Positions 36,269-45,065 are shown, numbered from the stretch's first letter. The stretch is 56,886 nt of DNA from an uncultured virus (IMG/VR IMGVR_UViG_3300033066_001236) (IMGVR_UViG_3300033066_001236), one strand, 5' to 3'. Numbers and translations: made by a program. The notes: generated by a model not told the origin, from the letters alone.

Positions 36269-36601
36269 ATGGCCAAGCGTTGGCAAGAAGTCTCAACACG
36301 GAAGTTTAGGGAGGTCTTGAGCGCCTATCTGACCTTGCGGGATGAAATGAAGGAAGACTCTGATCTCCCCATATCGGTCAGGCTAGAGAGACGCGGTAAG
36401 CTTCAAGACTTGGAGCGAGAGTTGGACTTTCTGGTCGAAGCCAGCTTTTCTGGGTTCGTTCCGGTAAAGGACCGTGCCATATACCCGATGAGCGCTTTGC
36501 TTTACAACAAGGAAGAGGCCAAGTTTCCGTTTGACCAAGATTCCTGGAATTTCTACGTTGCTCTGGTAGACGGCAAGTACTACGTGATCGTAGACGACTA
36601 A
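36269..36601 (+). CDS. Hypothetical protein
   Basis: GAGGAG RBS. Confidence 0.65.
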   Translation: MAKRWQEVSTRKFREVLSAYLTLRDEMKEDSDLPISVRLERRGKLQDLERELDFLVEASFSGFVPVKDRAIYPMSALLYNKEEAKFPFDQDSWNFYVALVDGKYYVIVDD

Positions 36602-36607
36602 GCAATC

Positions 36608-36682
36608 GGGTCTGTAGCTCAGAGGTAGAGCGTCGCCCTTACAAGGCGGATGTCGGGATTTCGAAATTCCCCAGACCCACCA
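36608..36682 (+). tRNA. tRNA-Val(UAC)
   Basis: TCGCC-CTTACAA-GGCGG, CCA. Confidence 0.92.
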
Positions 36683-36704
36683 ACTTTCACCTTTTGGAGA
36701 TCCC

Positions 36705-37127
36705 ATGAAACAATACATTCGAATTGTAGTCGTGGCGTACCTGGCTCTGTTCGCCGTCAGCTTTTTGTCCACGGCAAAAGCCCAGAGTCTCCAGGAGTAC
36801 GGCTACATAGAGCTACGTTACTGCGGAGAACCGCGTCGGGGAACCCTCGGGGAGATCCTGAGGGACAAAGAAGCCATCCGTAGGTTCCGCCAAATACACC
36901 CTTGCCCCTCGACGGGGAAGACCACCGGAGCTTGTAACGGGTGGGCTATCGACCACGTGATACCACTGGCTTGCGGAGGATGTGATAGCATATCCAACAT
37001 GCAGTGGTTACCTGACAAGATGAAAAACTACGCCGGGGAAATAGCGAAAGACCGTTGGGAGCGATATGTGTACGCTAACGATGGGCCTACCGGCGGCAAA
37101 GCCTGTAAACGAAAGGCAATACAGTGA
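36705..37127 (+). CDS. HNH-type nuclease with signal peptide
   Basis: N-terminal hydrophobic helix ending AKA; HPCPSTG...IDHVIPLACGGCDSISNMQW. Confidence 0.8.
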   Translation: MKQYIRIVVVAYLALFAVSFLSTAKAQSLQEYGYIELRYCGEPRRGTLGEILRDKEAIRRFRQIHPCPSTGKTTGACNGWAIDHVIPLACGGCDSISNMQWLPDKMKNYAGEIAKDRWERYVYANDGPTGGKACKRKAIQ

Positions 37128-37414
37128 AAACTGAAAGTACTGGGAAGCTGCCGTGCGGCTTATACGTAAGAGTGTGGGACGCGTGGCAGGGCAAGAACGT
37201 ACCCTACACTCGAGCAACCCGGTACGACCCCACCCAGACGATTTTCGTCAGTGAGGAGGGCCAGTACTGGAGAATGGCAAAGAACGAAGATGTTCAAGCT
37301 GTTGAAAACGATCTATTTCCAACACCTCAAGGACGATCCAATGGACAAGCGAATAGCGAAAGCAGCGGCCCAGGCGTTTCAGAACCGGCCTTCGTTAGAG
37401 TTCAATCCACTTGA
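37124..37414 (+). CDS. Hypothetical protein
   Basis: GTGA coupling to the upstream gene. Confidence 0.5.
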   Translation: MKTESTGKLPCGLYVRVWDAWQGKNVPYTRATRYDPTQTIFVSEEGQYWRMAKNEDVQAVENDLFPTPQGRSNGQANSESSGPGVSEPAFVRVQST

Positions 37415-37672
37415 ACTTCAAGTCATCAACTTGTTGGTGAGGGCTGGCTATCTCAAGCTCTCCGCCAAAGGGGGCAGTTGGGAAGCCACGGCCAAAACCA
37501 CGAGCGAGAATAAGAAAGAGATCGCGGCCCGGCAAAAGCAAGACGGAGTCCGGCCTCTGGAAGAGAAAACCAAACCTTCAACGGTAAAGGGACTTTCTTT
37601 CCCGTCATGGCCGTGGAATCCCCCAACATACGGGTCTTCGGCAGGAGCCGACTACCCTTCTAATTGAAATAC

Positions 37673-37961
37673 GTGTCCTTAGCTCAGTTGGATAGAGCAA
37701 CAGCCTTCTGAAATTTCGGGCCTCTATGAGGAAACTTGTAGAGTGTAACTGGTCAAACTCAGGGAAGCCTAAGTGGTCCGCATTCTAACGAATGTCCATA
37801 AGGTAATCCTGAGCCAAGCCCGGGTAAAACCGGGAAGGTGCAGAGACTTGACGGCCAGGATCTAACGCGAAAGCCATGATCAAGAGAAAGTCCAAGGAGT
37901 GGCGAAAGTCACACAAACTTGAAGCTGTGGGTCGGGGGTTCGAATCCCTCAGGACACGCCA
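37673..37961 (+). tRNA. tRNA-Arg(UCU), intron-containing (exons 37673-37709 and 37922-37961)
   Basis: Spliced anticodon arm ACAGC-CTTCT|AA-GCTGT; GTGTCCT/AGGACAC acceptor; CCA. Confidence 0.93.
37710..37921 (+). mobile_element. Compact group I intron (212 nt) after anticodon position 36
   Basis: AAACUCAGGGAAGCCUAA, AAUCCUGAGCCAAGC, GAAGGUGCAGAGACU, GAGAAAGUCC, terminal G. Confidence 0.93.
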
Positions 37962-37975
37962 ATTATTTATTCACC

Positions 37976-38227
37976 ATGAAACCACAAGTACATTACCACG
38001 ACATTCCCGGGGTGCCCGCACAGACCGTTGGGAACAGAACGGTGGTCCGGCCACTTGATCACCCCGATCAGACCCATGTCAGCAACAAGACCACCGCCTG
38101 CACGACCGAAGTCGTAGCAGTGTTCCCTGATGGGTTTGAAACCAAGAACACCCGTTACGTCAGAGTAGGCGTAGCGTCTACGGATGAAGAGCATGTCACA
38201 CAGCGTAGCCATTTCCTACAAGGTTGA
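37976..38227 (+). CDS. Hypothetical protein
   Basis: DHP...VSN...TTEVV...FETKNTRY. Confidence 0.65.
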   Translation: MKPQVHYHDIPGVPAQTVGNRTVVRPLDHPDQTHVSNKTTACTTEVVAVFPDGFETKNTRYVRVGVASTDEEHVTQRSHFLQG

Positions 38228-38807
38228 AGAGACCTACATTGCTCAACTTCAGGGCCAAATTTTTCCGGTCATTTGCAAGTCCACCAACCCGGTCCTATTT
38301 GCCCCTCGTGTCGCTCAGGACAGGCGAATAGCCTTGAAAGCTATGGACTGGGTTATACCCAAACCGGACGCGACTCCCTCGAAGGAGCCAACTCCCTGGC
38401 CCTTTGGTCCTGGTAGTCCGGGCTGGGAAGAAAAGAAAGAAGAAAACCCCTTTAACAAGTGGCCCTTCCCAACAAGAAGTTCGACCGTCGAGAGAATGAC
38501 GGAGCCAGTGTTTCCCAAGACGAGTCCAATCGACACGTGGGACAAAGACGGCCAACTACTGCCAGCCAACCCAGCCTTCGTTCCTTGGCAGGTCGGGGAA
38601 ATATACAAAGTGATGCTAAAGGGGGTTAGAGAATGGATGCTTTTTAAATGCACCGAAACGTCGGTAGAAGCAACCAGTAGGATTCCTCGCGGTTCCGCAG
38701 CTTCTTTTATTGACGCTCATGATATAGGGACGGTTCTTCTAACGAAGGCCCAAGCGGAGCACTACCAGAAGTACCATGCTGACCAAGAGAGACTTTCTGG
38801 GAAATGA
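38184..38807 (+). CDS. Hypothetical protein
   Basis: 207-aa ORF. Confidence 0.55.
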   Translation: MKSMSHSVAISYKVEETYIAQLQGQIFPVICKSTNPVLFAPRVAQDRRIALKAMDWVIPKPDATPSKEPTPWPFGPGSPGWEEKKEENPFNKWPFPTRSSTVERMTEPVFPKTSPIDTWDKDGQLLPANPAFVPWQVGEIYKVMLKGVREWMLFKCTETSVEATSRIPRGSAASFIDAHDIGTVLLTKAQAEHYQKYHADQERLSGK

Positions 38808-38991
38808 AGCCTGGATAGCGTTTAGACAAGACGAGGACTTGCTGCTTCAGTTTCGCAGACAAGTGTCTGAGCGAGCAGCGGCGGGGCAGAAGCCCACTGC
38901 CGAAGAATTAAGTCAAATGGCGTTGAACAAGATTTGGTTAGCTTTCTACGCTAAAATCTTGTACGATCGCCCATCGAACAAACAGCAGTAA
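38776..38991 (+). CDS. Hypothetical protein
   Basis: Its stop codon lies within tRNA-Trp. Confidence 0.5.
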   Translation: MLTKRDFLGNEAWIAFRQDEDLLLQFRRQVSERAAAGQKPTAEELSQMALNKIWLAFYAKILYDRPSNKQQ

Positions 38992-39057
38992 TTCAATTGG
39001 CAGAATAGCGGCCTCCAAAGCCGAAGGTTGAGGGTTCGAGTCCTTCCTGCTGTGCCA
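38982..39057 (+). tRNA. tRNA-Trp(CCA)
   Basis: CGGC-CTCCAAA-GCCG, G73, CCA. Confidence 0.92.
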
Positions 39058-39084
39058 CATTTTCAATCAACGAGAGAATCGACT

Positions 39085-39456
39085 ATGACAGTTTTCGAGG
39101 GTGCAATCATAAACATAATGGGCGGGGTACACAACGTCCCTCCTCCTGAGCCGAACGAAGTCACCGAGGTGAAGTACTGGAAAGTGTTTGAAGTGGAGTC
39201 GGCCGCCGACAAGATGGGTAAAACCCGTCACTTGGTCGCCTACTGCATTCTGGACAACGAAGGCCGCGTCAGCTCGAACATAGTGGAAGTTGTGCCCAAC
39301 GCAGAAGGCAAACTTCTCCTGAAGACCGGTAGCGGACGCATTTACCACCTCCAAGGCCCTCCCGGCTCTCACTCCGAAGCTAGCTACGTATGGGGCATCT
39401 GGCGGCATCGTAACCAGGTTACGTTCGAGCGGGACGTTACCAAGGAATACATCTAG
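39085..39456 (+). CDS. Hypothetical phage protein
   Basis: TRHLV...EGRVSSNI...TGSGRIYHL.G.PG. Confidence 0.7.
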   Translation: MTVFEGAIINIMGGVHNVPPPEPNEVTEVKYWKVFEVESAADKMGKTRHLVAYCILDNEGRVSSNIVEVVPNAEGKLLLKTGSGRIYHLQGPPGSHSEASYVWGIWRHRNQVTFERDVTKEYI

Positions 39457-39599
39457 GGCTAAAGCCCAGAAGAGGTCTAGGGCCTCTTTTTAGCTCAATA
39501 CGCCAGAACGTTTGTGGTATAAGATTATTGAGAAGATAACTTGTTTCGGCGAGGATCTGATCGTGGGACTATAGCTCAATGGTAGAGCGGAGAACTCAT

Positions 39600-40364
39600 C
39601 AACCGTTGCATCTTGGTTCGAACTGTAGTAAAATACAGTTTAATCAGGAGAATGCGGATGTCAACTAAAAACAGGCGAGTTGTTAACGGGTATGTTTTGC
39701 TTTACAGGCCGGACCATTTCAATTGTTTCTCTTCCTCCGACTGGAAGGGATACGTGTATGAGCATCGGTATGTTATGGAGCAACACTTAGGTAGAGCTCT
39801 AAGTTCCACAGAACTAGTGCATCACTTAGATTGCGACAAAACAAACAACCAGTTGAGTAACTTGATTGTTCTGTCCCGAGCTGACCACGTCAAGCTGCAC
39901 GGATGGATAGACAATGGTGCCCCTATATGCGAAAGCTATAGGGAGAACGGGGTGAATTCAGGGAAAGCTAACCCTTCAGGTAGAGTTTGTCAAGTGTGCG
40001 AAGGTAGTCTATCTTCAACTCAAAAACAGACTTGTAGTAGAACTTGTCATAACCAACATCTGGCCCGCGTTAGCAGAAAAGTAGAACGACCTTCGTTCGA
40101 ACAACTGACTGAAGACTACAAAAACTTATCGATCGTCAAGATTGGTAAAAAATACGGAGTCTCTGACAACGCAGTCAGGAAGTGGATGGCGGGTTACCTC
40201 AAAGGCATGTCAACCCTGAGCCAAGCCGATGATACATCGTCGGAAGGTGCAGAGACTAGTGGAGGGGTTCAGTCCCCTTAATAACCACATTAGCGCCCCG
40301 GTCCCTAACGTAAAGTCGAGGGATGTGAGATAGTCCAGGGAGTACAGAAATGTACACAAACCGG
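39600..40364 (+). mobile_element. Group I intron (765 nt) with HNH homing endonuclease
   Basis: IGS GUG (39916-18) lies before P2 CCCUAUA/UAUAGGG. Core: GAAUUCAGGGAAAGC, AACCCUGAGCCAAGC, GAAGGUGCAGAGACU, GAGAUAGUCC. Terminal G. Confidence 0.92.
39658..40281 (+). CDS. Intron-encoded HNH homing endonuclease with C-terminal zinc finger/HTH
   Basis: YVYEHRYVME...VHHLDCDKTNN..SNL...HVKLH; CQVC..CSRTC; IGKKYGVSDNAVRKW. Confidence 0.9.
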   Translation: MSTKNRRVVNGYVLLYRPDHFNCFSSSDWKGYVYEHRYVMEQHLGRALSSTELVHHLDCDKTNNQLSNLIVLSRADHVKLHGWIDNGAPICESYRENGVNSGKANPSGRVCQVCEGSLSSTQKQTCSRTCHNQHLARVSRKVERPSFEQLTEDYKNLSIVKIGKKYGVSDNAVRKWMAGYLKGMSTLSQADDTSSEGAETSGGVQSP

Positions 40365-40430
40365 AATTCTTTGGTTGCAGGTTCGAATCCTGCTGGTCCC
40401 ACCACACATTTTCAACTTCGGAGAATCACG

Positions 40431-40910
40431 ATGAACATGGTAGTTTCGAGAACCGCCCTGGGTCAATTGCCTCCGGGGTACAGCCTGGAACGACTTCACC
40501 GGGCAACGTCCTTCATGAGGATGGTATCCCAGACCCGCAAAATCGGGTTTTGGAAAGGCTTTGAGCCCACGGAGGTAGGTCTACCCATGCCGGTCGAGAG
40601 GAAGGCTCGTACGGTCCCTGACGCGGCTCTATTCGCCCGTCTCAAGGAGATAGAAGCCTACGCCGGAGCTGTCAACTACAGGAACGCGTCCGTTTGCCGT
40701 TGTTGCGCCCGTAACCGGCCCAAGGACCCGCTCTTCTGGAACGGCAGCATGGAGTACGTGCTGCGCCCTGGACCCAACAGCCCGTTCGTGTATCGGTGGC
40801 CCGAGGGCCTCATGCACTACCACGATGCTCACAACATCGCTGCCCCCGAATGGCTCGCAGAGCTGGTCGAGGAATTCAACTCTGCCTACAAGGAAGGGCA
40901 CTGGCTATGA
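40431..40910 (+). CDS. Hypothetical protein
   Basis: CRCC...NGS.EY...WPEGLMHY...HNI. Confidence 0.7.
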   Translation: MNMVVSRTALGQLPPGYSLERLHRATSFMRMVSQTRKIGFWKGFEPTEVGLPMPVERKARTVPDAALFARLKEIEAYAGAVNYRNASVCRCCARNRPKDPLFWNGSMEYVLRPGPNSPFVYRWPEGLMHYHDAHNIAAPEWLAELVEEFNSAYKEGHWL

Positions 40911-41326
40911 CTGCTATTGAAGAAACTCCGGCGACGCAAGCACCCGCCCCAGACGACCAAACCAACGAAGGGTTGGCACCGCCGCCCGTCATGGTCAACC
41001 CCGACCACTTCGGGCCCTGCGACAGCTACCTGATGCACCTGGACTTTGTCGTTGTCGAGCCAATTGACAACGTCGAGCCCCTGTGCAAGGCCCAGATCCG
41101 GAACTACGGCAAGAACTCCCTGAAGGGGTGCTTCGCTCAAGCCCTGATGGACCTGGATCGGGACACGGTGCTGATGAAGCCTCCCAAGGACCGGATCATC
41201 GAGATCACGATCACCGATTCGTACGCGGACGTCCCTCTCATCCGCGAAGAGATCGCCTGGATCAACACCTCGATGAAGGCTTTGCGGGGCCGTGTATGGC
41301 TGGTGGTGAAGCTATGTCTAACGTGA
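40907..41326 (+). CDS. Hypothetical protein
   Basis: ATGA coupling. Confidence 0.65.
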   Translation: MTAIEETPATQAPAPDDQTNEGLAPPPVMVNPDHFGPCDSYLMHLDFVVVEPIDNVEPLCKAQIRNYGKNSLKGCFAQALMDLDRDTVLMKPPKDRIIEITITDSYADVPLIREEIAWINTSMKALRGRVWLVVKLCLT

Positions 41327-41526
41327 CCCCTCGGGTGGTGGAGTATGTGCTGGAAGGCGGGACGGGCGACCTCCGCGAGTTCAACCAGCAGATTGCAGAA
41401 CGACTCAAGAAAGGGTTTCAGCCTTTTGGCCCTGCTTTCCCGGTACTAAGCCCTATCTTTGGAAGTCCACGTCTTGTGTTCTACCAGACCATGGTCAAGT
41501 ACTACTCCGCAGGCGGAGACGACTAA
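41314..41526 (+). CDS. Small DUF1737-like protein
   Basis: IAERLKKGFQPFG...FYQTMVKY. Confidence 0.6.
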   Translation: MSNVTPRVVEYVLEGGTGDLREFNQQIAERLKKGFQPFGPAFPVLSPIFGSPRLVFYQTMVKYYSAGGDD

Positions 41527-41535
41527 CCAATCAAA

Positions 41536-41612
41536 GCACACGTACCAGAGCGGTCTAATGGCTCGGATTGCAAATCCGGTGTTCGCCCGTTCGAATCGGG
41601 CCGTGTGCTCCA
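41536..41612 (+). tRNA. tRNA-Cys(GCA)
   Basis: TCGGA-TTGCAAA-TCCGG, U73, CCA. Confidence 0.95.
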
Positions 41613-41782
41613 AACGTCGCAATAAGGATTCAGTACAGCCCTTGTTGCGAAATAGTTGTCCCTGGAGACGTTCAGGGTTCAGCCTTCTGCCTTCTTCTAG
41701 ACATGCCTATGCGGCGCGTTGAAGACGAGGGGGCAGTTGGGTGAGTAACCGAAGTCACATCTAGTCGCCTTCATTTGAGTGA

Positions 41783-41880
41783 ATAAGAACCCGTTAGCTC
41801 AGGGTCTAGAGCGCACCGGGGTCTGCTACGTTCAGGCTGCCGTGAGGTCAGAAGTTCAAGTCTTCTACGGGTTCGCTTAT
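41783..41880 (+). ncRNA. tRNA-like RNA with an elongated anticodon arm and no CCA
   Basis: AACCCGT/ACGGGTT acceptor, GCTC/GAGC D-arm, AGAAG-TTCAAGT-CTTCT T-arm, 31-nt anticodon arm. Confidence 0.75.
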
Positions 41881-41891
41881 ATTGCTAGTTT

Positions 41892-42096
41892 CGGGGAATA
41901 GTTCAAAGGGACGATAGGGGGCTGGGTTAGGTTCTCTGCCACCTTCGTTAATGCAATCGGTTCCGGGCCCAAGTCGCCGCAGAGGGGGAGTGTACAATAC
42001 CCTTCATATCGCCGTCTTGGAACAAGGAATCGGGGCTAAAGAACACCTGGGGTAAACCGCCCAGGAGAAGAAGGTTCGATTCCTTCATCCCCACCT
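41892..42096 (+). ncRNA. tRNA-like RNA with a 136-nt D-loop insertion
   Basis: GGGGAA-TA-GTTC...GAAC-A-CCTGGG/CCCAGG-AGAA-GAAGG-TTCGATT-CCTTC-ATCCCC. Confidence 0.7.
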
Positions 42097-42100
42097 ATTC

Positions 42101-42190
42101 GGAGATGTGGCTGAGTGGTCTATAGCACCGGTCTTGAAAACCGGCGGCCCTGTGAAGGGTCCGTGAGTTCGAATCTCACCGTCTCCGCCA
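42101..42190 (+). tRNA. tRNA-Ser(UGA)
   Basis: CCGGT-CTTGAAA-ACCGG, long V-arm, G73, CCA. Confidence 0.95.
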
Positions 42191-42223
42191 TCCAACTTTG
42201 TGTTTACCTAGGAGGAGTCTTCC

Positions 42224-42466
42224 ATGAATGTAGCTAGCTTCTTTGTGTTCATGTATCTATGGACCTGTTTTCTTTTTGGTCTATGGTACTTCTACAACCG
42301 GACTCTTGCAAAAACACATGACGATAGTGAACGGTGTCTTGGCAGCTTCTTTGCCAGTCTATTCATGTCCTGGTGGTACTGGCCTTTGATGATCTTTTAT
42401 CTGATACAGGAGGTCAGGGAAGAAAAACGCAAAGAGATAGAAACTATCAAACGACGGGCCGGCTGA
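42224..42466 (+). CDS. Small membrane protein
   Basis: GGAGGAG RBS; two TM segments. Confidence 0.65.
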   Translation: MNVASFFVFMYLWTCFLFGLWYFYNRTLAKTHDDSERCLGSFFASLFMSWWYWPLMIFYLIQEVREEKRKEIETIKRRAG

Positions 42467-42487
42467 ATTTACTGAAAGGAAACTGCG

Positions 42488-43165
42488 ATGGAAACTCTTG
42501 CTGACATCTTGAAACCAATAAAACTGCTACGGGGGAGTCATGCCAATACCGGGAAGACTGGACAAGGCTGCTTCATGAATGTCGCCAGCTACCTGAACGG
42601 GGATACCGTTGTCACCGATCGGCCTACCTGTGTTTGCCCTCTCGTACGGTCTGTAGCTGTATGGGCTAACGACCTCATGGAAGACGGGGAGCGGGATGCC
42701 CTTCTAGTCTTTGTGGAGCGGGCCATAAACAGTAAAACACCGGATCCTCGGGAACTAAATCGCAGGTTCCAACTGGCCCTGAATCTTGCGAATAGTCTTG
42801 CGGCCACGGCAAGAGATGCAGTTGATCTAAAAACTGACCTATTTGGAGACTCAGAACTTAGCGGCGAGAAAAGGTCAATGCTAAGAGCTCACGATCAACT
42901 TAAAACAGCAATCTTCATGAGTCCTTCCGGTCGATCCTTTTGCCTGACGGGTTTCTTGACGACGATCGGCTCTATCAGTTACGGGCTACGAATCAGGGGG
43001 AATAAATACGCTCCAACGTTCAGAGAACGTATAAAGTCTCTCGCGGTGAAGGCCCTGGACGACATGCTACCGCCCCAAAGCTCAATCGACTCGACCCCTC
43101 TCATTCTAGCAAAGGAACTTGCAGCAAAAGCCTATTCTTTGTCCGATACCCTCGAAACCGTTTGA
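42488..43165 (+). CDS. Hypothetical protein
   Basis: LLRGSH...GCFMNVASYLNG...TDRPTCVCP...WAND. Confidence 0.7.
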   Translation: METLADILKPIKLLRGSHANTGKTGQGCFMNVASYLNGDTVVTDRPTCVCPLVRSVAVWANDLMEDGERDALLVFVERAINSKTPDPRELNRRFQLALNLANSLAATARDAVDLKTDLFGDSELSGEKRSMLRAHDQLKTAIFMSPSGRSFCLTGFLTTIGSISYGLRIRGNKYAPTFRERIKSLAVKALDDMLPPQSSIDSTPLILAKELAAKAYSLSDTLETV

Positions 43166-43187
43166 TTCGCAACTACACACACGCACC

Positions 43188-44351
43188 ATGAGCCAATTCA
43201 GAAAAGTAGGAAATATCTGGCAAGTCTTCGAAGGCGACAGCCTGGACGTCCGGCCCGTCTTGCCAGCCGGGGTATATGCGTTGGATCAGCTGCCCATGAT
43301 GGGGTACGTTCTCAAGTAGGGAGAGCCCTTGACGATGCCCTCGAAATTCTATGGGAATACCTTGGCCCTTCGAGACCGTATCTTCAACACGTTCACGACG
43401 CGAGATGGAAACACCGGAGTTCTCCTGGAGGGAGAAAAGGGAACTGGTAAAACTCTACTGGCCCGTGCAATTGCTGCCATGGGTCTGGAGCACCAACTCC
43501 CGGTAATCATTGTCAACCCGATTCCCGATTCGACACCGTTCGATCCCCCGTTCTGCTCGTTCTTTCAAGGCATCAATCAACCGGCCGTTCTTCTTCTGGA
43601 CGAGTTCGAGAAAATGTACTCGGATGAAGACCAGGAGCGGCTGCTCAGCTTTCTCGACGGTGTCTATTCCGGCAACAAGCTGTTCGTCATGACCGCGAAC
43701 GATACGTATAAGGTCAACCAGCACATGTTCAACCGTCCGGGCCGGATTTTCTACAGGATCACTTTCGAGGGGGTATCTGAAGAAGAAGTCGTTGGTTACT
43801 GCCAGGACGTTTTGGTTAACAAGGCATGGATCGGTGAAATCGTCCAGCTAACCAAGGTTTTTCAGAAGTTCAACTTTGATATGCTGAAGAGCCTCGTCGA
43901 AGAAGTCAACAGGTATAATCAGAGTCCCAAGGAACTAATCCTGTTGATGAACATCCGCCCGGAAATGGACGAGCGTTACGACGTGTCGGCTCGCAAAGAC
44001 GGCTTGGTCTATTTTGGGACTAGCATCAATCCAACGATGTTCTTCCACAATCCCACGGTCCAGCCCAAACTTACGGTACAACTCGTTGCTGGGAAAGGGG
44101 TTCCAGAGTCGGAGGCGGACGGGTTTGTGACCATGGCCAGTGCGTCCAGTTACGATCCAGAGGAAAGCTTCACGCTACAAGACCTGAATGACGACAACGA
44201 ACCTGCTCCTAAGGGTAAGAAAATCGTCCTCAGCTTCCCTGGCAACAAGCCAACCCGCGTTATCAACGGCGACATCTTCTACTCCTGCGAAGGATACGAA
44301 ATTCGGTTCACTCTGCGCCGTCAAGCCGAGTACAACTACGCGGCGTTCTAA
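43188..44351 (+). CDS. AAA+ ATPase with an in-frame TAG at 43317-43319 (readthrough, pseudogene or sequencing error)
   Basis: GVLLEGEKGTGKT, LLDEFEK, TAN, NRPGR. The upstream ORF 43188-43319 is in the same frame. Confidence 0.8.
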
Positions 44352-44358
44352 CTAGCTA

Positions 44359-44448
44359 GGAGAGTTGGCTGAGTGGCTTAAAGCAGCGGCTTGCTAAGTC
44401 GCGGGTGAGGAAACTTGCCCGTGGGTTCGAATCCCACACTCTCCTCCA
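44359..44448 (+). tRNA. tRNA-Ser(GCU)
   Basis: GCGGC-TTGCTAA-GTCGC, long V-arm, U73, CCA. Confidence 0.93.
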
Positions 44449-44471
44449 CAATTAACCTCGAAAGGACTTTC

Positions 44472-44741
44472 ATGGTTCACTTGATTTCGGCCGCTTGTCT
44501 GTGTTTGTCCTTTGCCTGGTTCTTTTCCAGAGTCAATCAATGGCTTGGCGGCAAGGCAATCATGGACATTGAAATCTGTCTGGCAGCCTTCCTCTGCACT
44601 CTCGTGTTTGGGGTTCTGTGTAGTTTGCTGGGGCTTCTACCGTCACAGATACTGGCGGCTGCCCTGTCCTTCAGTACCCTGCTCTGGCTTCTGACGATTC
44701 TCAAGCCACTGACTTGGTATCTTTCACGAAGAAGGCCTTGA
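44472..44741 (+). CDS. Small membrane protein
   Basis: AAGGA RBS; hydrophobic. Confidence 0.6.
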   Translation: MVHLISAACLCLSFAWFFSRVNQWLGGKAIMDIEICLAAFLCTLVFGVLCSLLGLLPSQILAAALSFSTLLWLLTILKPLTWYLSRRRP

Positions 44742-44867
44742 TTTGGTATAAGTATAGTACTCTAGGGCCCTCACCGGTCTTAGGGGCTTTTACGGGAGAC
44801 ACTACCACCACTTTCCTCGCTCTTGGCTTTCTAGCAGTACCTTTAACCACTTGAGTCACAATAAACT

Positions 44868-45065
44868 ATGGACCTATTCGTCGTCAAAACAAAAGAGGGA
44901 AAAACAGTTTCGAAGGGCTTTGCGTCAAAAACTGAAGCAAAGCAGATGCGCAACAAACTTCAGGCTGAGTCCGGCTCTGTCCCCCCCGTGGACAAACGAC
45001 ACATCGAAAAGGAATGGAGTTTCAGGGTCTCCAAAGGCAAAGACCACAACCTTTCTGTCAAGTAA
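44868..45065 (+). CDS. Small basic protein
   Basis: FASKTEAKQMRN...VSKGKDH. Confidence 0.6.
   Translation: MDLFVVKTKEGKTVSKGFASKTEAKQMRNKLQAESGSVPPVDKRHIEKEWSFRVSKGKDHNLSVK

Larger units (their letters stand above)
39565..40404 (+). tRNA. tRNA-CAU (probably Ile2), intron-containing (exons 39565-39599 and 40365-40404)
   Basis: Spliced GAGAA-CTCAT|AA-TTCTT; GGGACTA/TGGTCCC acceptor; CCA. Confidence 0.92.

Noticed and set aside
43317..43319. Genome-wide TAG reassignment
   Set aside because: Only one in-frame TAG was found, several genes end cleanly at TAG, and long genes are intact under the standard code.
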